A DNA stretch of 52,383 bases from an uncultured Bacillales bacterium (GCA_937885165.1 CAKZZJ010000140.1:1-52383), one strand, 5' to 3'; counted from the stretch's first letter, positions 29,001 to 39,327 are shown. Program-made: numbers and translations. Notes: generated by a model not told the origin, from the sequence alone.

Positions 29001-31625
29001 GTGGTATTTATGAAGAATTTAAAATCTTATGAAATCAGACAAATGTGGCTTGATTTCTTTAAATCAAAAGGACATTTAATAGAACCTAGTGCTTCCTTGG
29101 TTCCGGTTAATGACCCAACTTTATTATGGACTAATGCCGGAGTTACACCACTAAAGAAATATTTTGATGGTTCTGTTGTACCACCTAATAATAGACTTAC
29201 TAATGCTCAAAAATGTATAAGAACTAACGATATCGAAAATGTAGGTAAAACCGCAAGACATCATACTTTTTTTGAGATGCTTGGTAATTTCTCCATTGGT
29301 GATTATTTTAAAGAAGAAGCAATTAAATTCGCAACTGAAATTTTATTTGATCAAAAATATTTCGCTTTTGATAAAAATAAAATCTATATAACTTATTACA
29401 CAGAAGATATCGATGCCAAAGAAAACTGGATTAAAAATGGTGTAGCTTTAGACCATTTAATTCCTCTTAAATCAAATTTCTGGGAAATAGGATCAGGACC
29501 TTGCGGACCAGATACAGAGATGTTTTATGATAGAGGCGAAAAATATGATAAAAGAGGAAAAGAATTGATTGAAAAAGATATAGAAAATGATAGATTTATC
29601 GAAATCTGGAATATCGTATTTTCCCAATTTAATTCTCAAGAAGGCGTAGATAGAAAAGATTATAAAGAACTTCCTAAGAAAAATATCGATACTGGTGCCG
29701 GCCTTGAAAGATTATGTTGTGTTATGCAGGGTTGCGATACAAATTACGAGACTGACTTATTTATGCCGATAATAAATAAAACAGAAGAAATATCTAAAGT
29801 TAAATATGAAGGTCAGATGGCATTTAAGGTCATAGCCGATCATGTTAGAACATTAGTATTTGCATTAGCTGATGGTGCGATGTTTTCTAATGAAGGTAGA
29901 GGCTATGTTTTAAGAAGAGTATTAAGAAGAGCGGCTAAATACGCTAAAAAATTAGGAATACATAAACCATTTATGTCTGACTTAGTTGATGTAGTAATAG
30001 ATATAATGGATCCTTTCTATCCTTATTTAAAAGATAAATCAGTTTTAATAAAGAAAATGATTAATGCTGAAGAAGTTAAGTTTCTTGAAACACTTGAAGA
30101 TGGTGAAAAGAAATTTAATTTGATTGCTTCAAAGTCTGATAAAATAATCAGCGGTGAAGATGCATTTACATTATATGATACTTTTGGTTTTCCAATTGAA
30201 CTTACAGTTGAATATGCAGAAGAACTTGGATTAAAGGTTGACATTGATTCATTTAACAAAAGCTTACTTAATCAGAAGAAAAAAGCTAAAGAAGCAAGAG
30301 CTGATATTTCATCAATGAAAGGACAGAATGAAGAATTTTTAGCATTTAAAGATAAATCAACATTTATTGGTTATTCAGATACTGAGACAAAAGCTAAAGT
30401 GATTGCGAAATTTGGTAATGATGTTGTTTTAGATAATACACCATTTTATGCATTCAGTGGTGGACAGTTATCAGATTCAGGATACATAAATGAATATTTA
30501 GTCAAAGATGTCATCAAGATGCCTAATGGACAAAATTTACATATTTTAGATGAAAATGATTTAAATGTAGGCGATATTGTCGATGCTAAAATTGATTTGG
30601 ATAAGAGAACAAAAACGAGAAAGAATCATAGTGCGGCTCACCTTCTTCAGGCAGCATTAAAAGAAGTTCTTGGGCCTCATGTAATGCAGCAGGGATCTCA
30701 AGTGTGTGATACTTATTCAAGATTTGATTTTAATAATTATGAAGCATTAACTGATGAAGAAATATTAAAGATTGAAGATTTAGTTAATTCATATATTGAT
30801 AATGCATATGACGTCAATACTTTAGTATTACCTATAGAAGAAGCAAAAAAACTTGGTGCTACAGCCCTTTTTGATGAAAAATATGGTGATGTTGTAAGAG
30901 TAGTAATCATGGGTAATGTATCAAAAGAATTTTGTGGTGGCACTCATGTATTTAATACTAAAGATGTAGAAAAATATGCAATCTATTCTTATGAATCAAT
31001 AGGTTCAGGCATTTTTAGAATTACTGCTTCAACATCAGATGAAGCAATGAAATATGTAAAAGAAGAATCTAAAAATGTCATTGATTCTATCAAAGCTTTC
31101 ATAAATAAACAGAATGAATTAATTGCTAAAGCCAAAAATGAAGGTATTGTACTTAAAGCTAAATTAACATATATCGAGCCAACTGAATTTGGATATAGAT
31201 ATGTTTTAAAATTAAGAGAAAATCTAAAAGAAGCATCTTATCTATATCATGAACTTGAAAAAGAATATAATAATTTACAATCTAAGAATGCTTTAAAGGA
31301 TTTAGATCAGTTTGATAAAGAAATAGATAACAATAATTTATTTGCAAAAACTAATCAGACTGATGTTAATTTAATCAAGGATATGGCATACGCACTTGTA
31401 AATAACAAATCACTTGATATCGTATTACTTGCATCAGTGAATAACAATAAATTAACATTTGTCTGTGCTACAAGTCCTAAAGTTAATGCAGTAGATGTAA
31501 TAAAAGAAGCAACTAAAATCACTGGTGGCGGTGGCGGAGGAAAACCAAATATGGCCCAGGCCGGTGGTAAGGAAATAGCTAAACTTGATGAGGCAATTGC
31601 TCATTTAAAGGAATTATATAGATGA
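29001..31625 (+). CDS. alaS: Alanine--tRNA ligase
   Basis: DPTLLWTNAG, QKCIRTNDIENVG.TARHHTFFEMLGNFS.GDYFK, editing HSAAH and EFCGGTH, C-Ala GGGGGGKP..AQAGG. Start is GTG 29001 or ATG 29010. Confidence 0.98.
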   Translation: MVFMKNLKSYEIRQMWLDFFKSKGHLIEPSASLVPVNDPTLLWTNAGVTPLKKYFDGSVVPPNNRLTNAQKCIRTNDIENVGKTARHHTFFEMLGNFSIGDYFKEEAIKFATEILFDQKYFAFDKNKIYITYYTEDIDAKENWIKNGVALDHLIPLKSNFWEIGSGPCGPDTEMFYDRGEKYDKRGKELIEKDIENDRFIEIWNIVFSQFNSQEGVDRKDYKELPKKNIDTGAGLERLCCVMQGCDTNYETDLFMPIINKTEEISKVKYEGQMAFKVIADHVRTLVFALADGAMFSNEGRGYVLRRVLRRAAKYAKKLGIHKPFMSDLVDVVIDIMDPFYPYLKDKSVLIKKMINAEEVKFLETLEDGEKKFNLIASKSDKIISGEDAFTLYDTFGFPIELTVEYAEELGLKVDIDSFNKSLLNQKKKAKEARADISSMKGQNEEFLAFKDKSTFIGYSDTETKAKVIAKFGNDVVLDNTPFYAFSGGQLSDSGYINEYLVKDVIKMPNGQNLHILDENDLNVGDIVDAKIDLDKRTKTRKNHSAAHLLQAALKEVLGPHVMQQGSQVCDTYSRFDFNNYEALTDEEILKIEDLVNSYIDNAYDVNTLVLPIEEAKKLGATALFDEKYGDVVRVVIMGNVSKEFCGGTHVFNTKDVEKYAIYSYESIGSGIFRITASTSDEAMKYVKEESKNVIDSIKAFINKQNELIAKAKNEGIVLKAKLTYIEPTEFGYRYVLKLRENLKEASYLYHELEKEYNNLQSKNALKDLDQFDKEIDNNNLFAKTNQTDVNLIKDMAYALVNNKSLDIVLLASVNNNKLTFVCATSPKVNAVDVIKEATKITGGGGGGKPNMAQAGGKEIAKLDEAIAHLKELYR

Positions 31626-32035
31626 AATACATAGGCTTAGATTTAGGAAGTAAAACTTTAGGTATAGCTATATCAGATTCACTTGGTATGATTGCAAGAG
31701 CGCTTGAAACATATAGATTCGAAGAAGATGACTACTTAAGTGCGGCAAATTATATAATTGATGTTGCTAAAAAAGAAGGAGTCACAACTTTGATTTTAGG
31801 CAATCCTAAGCATATGAATGGTGATGATGGTATAAGAAGCCAGATATCATTTGATTTTAAAAAATTAATTGAAGATAACTCAAATCTAAAAGTTATCTTA
31901 GAAGATGAAAGACTTACATCAGTAATCGTTGATAAAGCTATGATTAAGGGTGATTTAAGAAGAGAAAAAAGAAAACAAAAAAAAGATGAAATGGCTGCAG
32001 TTGTAATACTTCAGAATTATTTAGATAGGAATTAA
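31622..32035 (+). CDS. ruvX: YqgF/RuvX pre-16S rRNA nuclease
   Basis: GLDLGSKTLGIAISD, G.P.HMNG, DERLTS, D..AA..ILQNYLD. Confidence 0.95.
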   Translation: MKYIGLDLGSKTLGIAISDSLGMIARALETYRFEEDDYLSAANYIIDVAKKEGVTTLILGNPKHMNGDDGIRSQISFDFKKLIEDNSNLKVILEDERLTSVIVDKAMIKGDLRREKRKQKKDEMAAVVILQNYLDRN

Positions 32036-32040
32036 GAATT

Positions 32041-32304
32041 ATGAAAGATGAAAATAAATCATTATTGATAACTAAAGATGATGGAACTGAATTATTATGT
32101 GAAATAATATTCACATATTTTGATGAAGAAACAAAGAAAAATTATGTAGTATTCAAAACACCGAATGATGAATTTTCTGCTGCATACTTTACTGAATCAT
32201 CTCCTACAAGTGGTAATCTAGATCCAGTTAAAGATGATGATGAATGGGAAATGCTAGAAGATTTATTGAATGATTATTACGAAAGTGATGATGATGAGGA
32301 ATAA
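32041..32304 (+). CDS. DUF1292 (YrzB-like) acidic protein
   Basis: DG.E..CEI.FT......K.YV, L.PV.DD.EWEM; conserved position after ruvX. Confidence 0.85.
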   Translation: MKDENKSLLITKDDGTELLCEIIFTYFDEETKKNYVVFKTPNDEFSAAYFTESSPTSGNLDPVKDDDEWEMLEDLLNDYYESDDDEE

Positions 32305-32902
32305 TTTAGTATTTGATTCTTTTGATGATGCATTAAAAGAATATGCAAAAGAAAATAAGGTACCGATAATTTTAGATGAAGGTTTATCATTTTTAATTAA
32401 TATTATTAAAGTAAGCAAAACTAAAAAAATATTGGAAATAGGTTCTGCAATCGGCTATTCAGCAATTGAGATTGTAAAAAATACTGATTCATATGTTGAT
32501 ACAATTGAAAGAAATCTAGATATGTATAATGAGGCTAAAAAAAATATAGCCCTTGCTAATTTAAATGATAAAATAAACATTTACAATGTTGATGCCTTAG
32601 AATCATTTGATTTATTTAAACATAAAAAATATGACTTAATATTTATTGATGCTGCTAAAGCTCAATATAAAAAATTTTTTCAGGAATTTGAAATATTATT
32701 AAATGATAATGGCATTATCATCTGTGACAATATGAATTTTCATAATTTAGTTAATGGTAATTTAGATGACATGTCAAGAAGCTTAAGAGGCTTAGTTAGA
32801 AAATTGAGTGAGTTTGAAGCCTGGCTTTTAGAAAATGACAAATACTTAAGTTCTATTTATGATATTGGTGATGGAATGAGTATTTCTATTAAAAAGGAAT
32901 GA
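32288..32902 (+). CDS. trmR: O-methyltransferase, probable tRNA ho5U methyltransferase (YrrM/TrmR)
   Basis: VPII, LEIGSAIGYSA, DLIFIDAAKAQY, DN, GDG; yrrM-like synteny. Exact start among tandem ATGs at 32288-32294 is uncertain. Confidence 0.8.
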   Translation: MMMRNNLVFDSFDDALKEYAKENKVPIILDEGLSFLINIIKVSKTKKILEIGSAIGYSAIEIVKNTDSYVDTIERNLDMYNEAKKNIALANLNDKINIYNVDALESFDLFKHKKYDLIFIDAAKAQYKKFFQEFEILLNDNGIIICDNMNFHNLVNGNLDDMSRSLRGLVRKLSEFEAWLLENDKYLSSIYDIGDGMSISIKKE

Positions 32903-32906
32903 TTTT

Positions 32907-33788
32907 ATGAGAATTAAAGGTCCTATTCATATGATTGAAATGGAAAATAATATAATAGGCATAGTATGTTATGGGCATATTAAATTTTTCTATTTTCAAA
33001 ATAGGCTGTTAAATATATATAAAAAATATCTTTATCAATTTAATTGGATAGATCTTGAATATGATAAAGAAAAAATAAAAAAGGGACCATATAGTGCCTA
33101 TAAGGTAGATTTCTTATATCAGATATATGGGCCAGGAACTTTAGATAGAATAATATATTTTGATAAAAAAGATATTGATTATGAAACCTATAAAATGTTA
33201 GATAAACTAGAATATACGCTATTTCTAGATTTAGAGATGAGTATGCCAGGATATCAGTTTAAAGGCAGAGAATATGAATCTGAAATCATTCAGGTTGGCT
33301 TTGAATTATATAGAGGCGATAATCTTATAACTGATTATACAAGTTATATTTATCCAACAGTTAATCAGGATATATCAGTAAGAACTTTAAAATTCTTAAA
33401 TATAACAAAAGAATTATTGTATAATACAGGAGTATCATATAAAGAATTCTATAATGTATTTTCAACTTTAGTTAAAAAATATAAGCCTGCCATAATCATA
33501 TATGGCAAAAATGATAAATTAATTTTGGATAAATCATTTGTTATAAATAAAGTTGAACCACTTAAATTAAGATATATTAATTTGCTTAATTTAATCAAAA
33601 CATTTTATAATTTAAAAAATGATCCGGGTTTATTTAAATTATATGAAACTTATTCAGAAGGTTACGAAGTTCAGCTTCATGACGCACTTGATGATTCTCA
33701 TACAACTAAATTATTATTTGATGCCTTTAAAAAAGATATGCTTGATTATAGGCATTATAATGAAATAAGAGAAAAATTTATTTTGTAA
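32907..33788 (+). CDS. DEDDh 3'-5' exonuclease (KapD/Eri1-like) with an extra N-terminal domain
   Basis: FLDLEM (ExoI), EIIQVG, YGKND (ExoII), HDALDD (ExoIII). Confidence 0.82.
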   Translation: MRIKGPIHMIEMENNIIGIVCYGHIKFFYFQNRLLNIYKKYLYQFNWIDLEYDKEKIKKGPYSAYKVDFLYQIYGPGTLDRIIYFDKKDIDYETYKMLDKLEYTLFLDLEMSMPGYQFKGREYESEIIQVGFELYRGDNLITDYTSYIYPTVNQDISVRTLKFLNITKELLYNTGVSYKEFYNVFSTLVKKYKPAIIIYGKNDKLILDKSFVINKVEPLKLRYINLLNLIKTFYNLKNDPGLFKLYETYSEGYEVQLHDALDDSHTTKLLFDAFKKDMLDYRHYNEIREKFIL

Positions 33789-33940
33789 AAAGAAAAAAGT
33801 GATTATATTTTGGTTATTACTCAAATTAGGGTATAGCTCAAAAATTGAATATAAGAATTGTACTAGAAATAGTATCAATTTAAAAAAAACATTCAATATT
33901 GATTTATCATAAATAATTTAAAACATTTACGGGTGAAAAA

Positions 33941-34376
33941 TTGAAAATTGCAAGTAGAATCTTATTTTTAATTAGCGGTATTCTTTCAATATTTTTAGCG
34001 ATTACATATTTTAATTACTGGTACCATTTTTGTTGTATTAGGAAATAATTCAAACTTTAGAAATTCGCTTATTGAAGGATTAAATAATTGATCTGTTCAT
34101 TCTTCTTTTCAGGGTTCAGTAGAAGAAATCGCTGATGCTATAATGGCCGTATTTGTAGTTTTAGGTATTGTTTTCTTGATTTTAGTTGTCTTTTGTATTG
34201 CAAATGCAGTTTTATCGTTTATTGCAAGAGAAAAACAAAACAAAGCCCTATACATTATCAATATCGTCTTAGGTGTAGCTTCAGGAGTCGAATTAAATGT
34301 AGTTGGCGCTATTTTTGGTTTAGTTACAATATCTAGAGAAAATCAAGATTTGATAGAACCAACTATTTCACTATAA
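33941..34376 (+). pseudogene. Disrupted small membrane-protein gene
   Basis: TTG 33941 gives MKIASRILFLISGILSIFLAITY. Removing one T from the run at 34009-34012 continues LITGTIFVVLG...EGLNN, then an in-frame TGA at 34089, then reads into ORF 34143..34376. Confidence 0.7.
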
Positions 34377-34405
34377 GATTACAAAACAACTAAATAATTT
34401 AAAAT

Positions 34406-34455
34406 GGGCTGTTAAGAAATTAAACTTTTGAGTTTAACGACTTAACAGCCCCTTT
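34406..34455. terminator. Long bidirectional two-tier hairpin
   Basis: GGGCTGTTAAG / CTTAACAGCCC outer stem and TTAAACT / AGTTTAA inner stem, between convergent genes. Confidence 0.78.
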
Positions 34456-34456
34456 A

Positions 34457-35752
34457 TTATTCTAATATTATATCTTGTGGTTCATCTTTATAAAGAAGCT
34501 TTAATAATATTGGTACAATGAATGATGTAAATACAATAAGCATTACAACAAATGGTGTTATTGAATTAGATATTATACCTGCAGATACACCCTTATCTAC
34601 AGTTATTAAAGCTACTTCAGCTCTTACCATCATACCTAGGCCAATCTTTGTTGAATCCTTGAGATTAAATCCTGTGATTCTAGCTCCGATTCCACAGCCT
34701 ACAAGTTTACCTACTAATCCGGCAATTATGAATACAAAGCCGAAAGCGATAAAATCTGTTGAGATATTATTGAATTCTATCGATATACCAACATTAGCGA
34801 AGAATACAGGTGTGAAAAGCATATAACCTAATATATCGCTTCTACGTTCAACATATTCTTTTTCTTTATACCTTGATAATATAAGCCCGCAGAAGAACGC
34901 GCCTGTTATATCGGCAACACCAAATATTTTTTCACATACCCAGGCATATAAGAAAGCACTGGCTATACCAAATATAGGTATTCTTCTATGATGTTCAAAT
35001 TTTTTATCCAAGAATATGAAAATCTTTCTAATGAAATATCCTAAGCCAAACATAAGGCCAAAACATAAAATTGTCAGAACAATTGTAATCCAGGCTTCAT
35101 TTGCGTTTACATTAAATATCTGACTAATCCATTTGGCACCATAAGCCAAGCTTTCAGTATCTGCAGTTTTACCTGATAAACTGATGATGAATGATAATAT
35201 AATTACACCGATTATATCATCAATTATCGCTGCTGCAGAAATGACAGTTCCGACATTTGAATTAAGTTTGCCCATTTCTTTTAATGTGGCAACTGTGACT
35301 GATACAGAAGTAGCAGTTAGGATAGTTCCATAAAATAAATTAGAATATAAAACGGATTTATCTGATAAAGCACTAAAGCCTCCATTGAATAATGTGGCAA
35401 CAAGAAAACCAAGTGAAAGTGGTAAGATTACTCCAAGTAATGTTACCGCAATTGATGATAATCCTGTCTTTTTGATTTTATCAAGGTCGGTTTCAAGACC
35501 TGCTTCAAACATAATTAATACGACACCGATTTTACTTATAAAACTTATTCCTTCAATAGCACCTGGTGTAAGTATTGACTGATTAGGTATAAGTTTAATT
35601 AATCCAATTAATATACCGGAGATTAACAAACCAAGTACTTGTGGGAGTTTAAATCTCTTACAGGCAATAGAAAATATTTTTCCTAATAATAATATTAATG
35701 CTATAGGCAATAATACGTCTGTATAGGATATATCTAAAAATAAATTCGACAT
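34457..35752 (-). CDS. Cation:proton antiporter (CPA2, NapA/GerN-like)
   Basis: MFEAGLETD, LTATSVSVT...LKE, AAIIDDI, GAF..G, PVFF...G, K..G, M..RAEVAL. Confidence 0.92.
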   Translation of the reverse strand: MSNLFLDISYTDVLLPIALILLLGKIFSIACKRFKLPQVLGLLISGILIGLIKLIPNQSILTPGAIEGISFISKIGVVLIMFEAGLETDLDKIKKTGLSSIAVTLLGVILPLSLGFLVATLFNGGFSALSDKSVLYSNLFYGTILTATSVSVTVATLKEMGKLNSNVGTVISAAAIIDDIIGVIILSFIISLSGKTADTESLAYGAKWISQIFNVNANEAWITIVLTILCFGLMFGLGYFIRKIFIFLDKKFEHHRRIPIFGIASAFLYAWVCEKIFGVADITGAFFCGLILSRYKEKEYVERRSDILGYMLFTPVFFANVGISIEFNNISTDFIAFGFVFIIAGLVGKLVGCGIGARITGFNLKDSTKIGLGMMVRAEVALITVDKGVSAGIISNSITPFVVMLIVFTSFIVPILLKLLYKDEPQDIILE

Positions 35753-35953
35753 TTATAACCCTTCTTTCGCACAAAGCAAATTATATAACTTTATTTTATT
35801 CTTTACAAGAATAAATTTTTTTGAAAACGATTATAAATTTAACATTTTATCACTTTAATTACTGAGATAAGCGATAATTTAAAATTGTCACCAACTATAA
35901 ATTATGATATACTATTAGATAGTGATTAAATAAATTTTAGATGGAGAAATATT

Positions 35954-36613
35954 ATGGATTTATTAATTGATAATTTATTTGACATAAATCATAGCCTTGC
36001 TAAAGATTATTTAAACAAATTTAAATATCCATGGGAAGCATTAAAAGGTTTAAAAGATGAAATTATAAAAATAGGTAATAGTCTAGATAAAAATGAATAT
36101 GAAGAAATAAAAAAAGAAGTATGGGTGCATAAAACTGCGACTATATTTCAATCAGCTTATATTTCATCTCCAGCTATAATTGGCGAAAATACAGAAATAA
36201 GGCAGGCTGCCTTTATAAGAGGTAGTGTAATAGTTGGTAACAATTGTGTTATAGGTAATTCATGCGAATTAAAAAATGCGATTGTAATGGATAATGCCCA
36301 AATTCCTCACTTTAATTATGTTGGTGATTCAATTATCGGCTACAAAGCTCATATGGGGGCTGGAAGTATCACATCAAATGTTAAATCAGATAAAACTAAT
36401 GTAGTAATACATAATGAAGGTATAGATATAGAAACTAATTTAAAGAAGGTTGGTGCCTTCTTGGCCGATTATGTAGAAGTTGGCTGCAATAGCGTACTTA
36501 ACCCTGGTACAGTAATAGGTAGAAATTCAAATGTTTATCCACTTTCAAGTGTTCGTGGAGTTATAGATAAAGATTCTATTTATAAACAGAATAAGGTCGT
36601 CAAAAAGAGGTAA
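35954..36613 (+). CDS. Stand-alone left-handed beta-helix protein resembling the acetyltransferase half of GlmU
   Basis: Hexapeptide repeats, IGNSCELKN, PHFNYVGDSIIG, GAG.ITSN, K.GA...D.VEVGCNSVLNPG. No nucleotidyltransferase domain. Confidence 0.8.
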   Translation: MDLLIDNLFDINHSLAKDYLNKFKYPWEALKGLKDEIIKIGNSLDKNEYEEIKKEVWVHKTATIFQSAYISSPAIIGENTEIRQAAFIRGSVIVGNNCVIGNSCELKNAIVMDNAQIPHFNYVGDSIIGYKAHMGAGSITSNVKSDKTNVVIHNEGIDIETNLKKVGAFLADYVEVGCNSVLNPGTVIGRNSNVYPLSSVRGVIDKDSIYKQNKVVKKR

Positions 36614-36618
36614 TTGGT

Positions 36619-37911
36619 ATGGGCAAATATTTTGGTACTGATGGGATAAGAGGAGTACCTAATGAAAAATTAACTGTTGATCTAGTCGCAAAATTAGGTA
36701 TGGCTTTAGAAGCACTTGATAATAGCGATGTTGTTATCGCAACCGATACAAGAATATCAAAAGATATGCTTGCTAATGCGATATCTGCAGGTATATTATC
36801 AAGGGGTATGAATGTTCATTTTTTAGGGATAATGCCTACTCCTGCATTGATATATTATTCATTCATCAAGAAGATGACCGGTGTAATGATTACCGCAAGT
36901 CATAACCCTTATACAGATAACGGTATTAAAGTGATGAATAAAGGATTAAAATTAAGAGAGGATGAAGAAAAAAATATTGAAAATCTGATAGATAATCCTA
37001 AAGAAGATGTTAAAGAAGTAGGAATGTTTATAAACGAAAAAGATGGTATTAATATCTATCTTGATTTCATAAATAAACATATTGTTAAATCAAACCTAAA
37101 AATATTACTTGATACTGCGAATGGTGCGACTTATAAAACAGCAGAATTAATATTTAAAAATATAACTCCAAATTTAAATATCATTTCTAATAATCCTGAT
37201 GGAAAAAATATCAATAATGGATGTGGTTCAACACATTTGGAATTATTAAAAAATGAAGTAGTAAAAGGTGGTTATGATTTAGGTTTCGCATTTGATGGTG
37301 ATGGTGACAGAGTGCTTGCTGTAGATAATAGTGGTAATACGATTGATGGAGATATGATTATCTATATCATCGCTAGATATTTAAAAGAGAAGAATCTCCT
37401 TAATGATAATAAGGTTGTATTATCAATGATGAGTAATCTTGGTATAGTTAAATCATTAAATGATTATAATATTGATGTAATAGAAACAAATGTTGGTGAT
37501 AAATATATTATCAAAGCCTTATTTGAAAATAATTTATCAATAGGTGGAGAAAATTCAGGACATATAATAATGCCAAATATTTTACATACTGGTGATGGGG
37601 TTTTAATCGCATCACAGTTAGTGAAAATAATTGAAGAAACAAAAAGAAGTGTAAATGATTTTATCAAAGATATAAATATGTATGCTGATAAAATGGTTAA
37701 TATTAAGGTCAAAGATAAAAATAAAGTATTAAATAATAAATATTTGTTTGAGAGAGTAGAAAAAATAAAAAAAGAATTAAATAATGATGCTAAAATAATT
37801 ATCAGGGCTTCAGGTACTGAAGATTTAATAAGAGTTTCAGTTATGGCTAAGGATAATAAAATTGTTGAAAAATATAGTGATGAATTAGTTGATTTAGTAA
37901 AAAACATCTAA
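36619..37911 (+). CDS. glmM: Phosphoglucosamine mutase
   Basis: KYFGTDGIRG, MITASHNP..DNGIK, FDGDGDR, VGDKY, GGENSGH, RASGTE..IRV. Confidence 0.92.
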   Translation: MGKYFGTDGIRGVPNEKLTVDLVAKLGMALEALDNSDVVIATDTRISKDMLANAISAGILSRGMNVHFLGIMPTPALIYYSFIKKMTGVMITASHNPYTDNGIKVMNKGLKLREDEEKNIENLIDNPKEDVKEVGMFINEKDGINIYLDFINKHIVKSNLKILLDTANGATYKTAELIFKNITPNLNIISNNPDGKNINNGCGSTHLELLKNEVVKGGYDLGFAFDGDGDRVLAVDNSGNTIDGDMIIYIIARYLKEKNLLNDNKVVLSMMSNLGIVKSLNDYNIDVIETNVGDKYIIKALFENNLSIGGENSGHIIMPNILHTGDGVLIASQLVKIIEETKRSVNDFIKDINMYADKMVNIKVKDKNKVLNNKYLFERVEKIKKELNNDAKIIIRASGTEDLIRVSVMAKDNKIVEKYSDELVDLVKNI

Positions 37912-37933
37912 TATAGGAGTGTAGGAGAATAAT

Positions 37934-39280
37934 ATGAAATATACAAAAGAAGACATCAAAAGAATATGTAAGGAAGAAAATATCAAATATATTAGACTTC
38001 AGTTTACTGACATGCTTGGGACACTAAAAAATGTTGAAATTCCAATTACTGGTTTAAATGAAGCATTAGAAAATGAAGTAATGTTTGATGGTTCATCAGT
38101 TGAAGGCTTTGTAAGAACTATGGAAGCTGATATGTTCTTAGCACCAGATCTTGATACATTTTTAATATCAAGTTGGGAAGATACAACATATGGTAAGGTA
38201 GCTCAGTTCATCTGTGATGTATTAAAACCAGATGAAAATGGCAACAAAGTTCCGTTTGAAGGTGATCCAAGAGGTATATTAAAGAGAAATCTGGAAGAAA
38301 TGAAGAAGATGGGCTATAAAAACTTTAATTTAGGTGTTGAACCAGAATTCTTCTTATTCAAGATGAAGGATAATGTACCATCACTTGAATATAATGATAA
38401 TGGCGGTTATTTCGATGTAGCACCGATAGATGCAGCAGAGGACTGTAGACGCGATATCGTTTTGGAGCTTCAGAAAATAGGTTTTGTTGTTGAGGCAGCA
38501 CATCATGAGGTATCACCTGGTCAGCACGAAATTGATTTTAAATTTGATAACGCTCTTGAAGCGTGTGATAATGTCCAAACATTTAAGCTTATCGTTAAAA
38601 ATATTGCTCGCCGCCATGGTCTTCATGCGACATTTATGCCTAAGCCAGTTAAGGGGATAAACGGATCAGGAATGCACTGCAATTGTTCTTTAACAGATAA
38701 CAATGGGAATAATATATTTTATGATTCAAAATCTAATAATGGCTTAAGTGAAACATGCCTTAAATGGATATATGGAATACTTGCTCATGCAAGGGGTTTT
38801 TGTTTAATCACTAATCCGATAATCAATTCATATAAAAGAATAGTACCAGGCTATGAAGCACCATGTTATATTTCATGGAGTGCCTCAAACCGTTCAACCA
38901 TGATACGTATTCCTGCATCACGTGGTATGGCAACACGTACTGAAGTAAGAAGTGTCGACCCAGCATGTAATCCATATCTTGCCGCATCCGTTTTACTTGC
39001 CGCAGGATTAGATGGGATTAAAGGCAATTGTAAGGTAGTACCTGAAATGCATATTAATTTATTTGCAATGAACAACAATGAAAGAAAATTAAAAGGTATC
39101 ACAGCACTACCTGAGAATTTAAAGGAAGCGATAGATGAATTTGAAGCAGATAAATTAATGAAAGCTGCAGTAGGAGAACACATCACAGATAAGCTTGTTC
39201 AGGCAAAGAGACTTGAGTGGGATGAATTTAGAACTACAGTTACTAAATGGGAAATAGATAAATATTTAACAAGATATTAA
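37934..39280 (+). CDS. glnA: Glutamine synthetase type I
   Basis: RLQFTD..G..K, FDGSS, EPEFFLF, HHEV.PGQHE, TFMPKP..G.NGSGMH, NSYKR.VPGYEAP, E.R..DP..NPYL. Confidence 0.97.
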   Translation: MKYTKEDIKRICKEENIKYIRLQFTDMLGTLKNVEIPITGLNEALENEVMFDGSSVEGFVRTMEADMFLAPDLDTFLISSWEDTTYGKVAQFICDVLKPDENGNKVPFEGDPRGILKRNLEEMKKMGYKNFNLGVEPEFFLFKMKDNVPSLEYNDNGGYFDVAPIDAAEDCRRDIVLELQKIGFVVEAAHHEVSPGQHEIDFKFDNALEACDNVQTFKLIVKNIARRHGLHATFMPKPVKGINGSGMHCNCSLTDNNGNNIFYDSKSNNGLSETCLKWIYGILAHARGFCLITNPIINSYKRIVPGYEAPCYISWSASNRSTMIRIPASRGMATRTEVRSVDPACNPYLAASVLLAAGLDGIKGNCKVVPEMHINLFAMNNNERKLKGITALPENLKEAIDEFEADKLMKAAVGEHITDKLVQAKRLEWDEFRTTVTKWEIDKYLTRY

Positions 39281-39295
39281 AAAAATTCAAATAAT

Positions 39296-39327
39296 AAAAA
39301 CGAGGACTTGTAAAAGTCCTCGTTTTT
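39296..39327. terminator. Perfect bidirectional terminator
   Basis: AAAAACGAGGACTT-gtaa-AAGTCCTCGTTTTT. Confidence 0.88.

Noticed and set aside
31524..31540. GGTGGCGGTGGCGGAGG low-complexity repeat
   Set aside because: It is the conserved poly-Gly motif of the AlaRS C-Ala domain.
34089..34091. In-frame TGA as evidence for genetic code 4 or selenocysteine
   Set aside because: TGA terminates alaS, trmR, LRAT and ROK genes, Trp is TGG throughout, and the same gene also has a frameshift.
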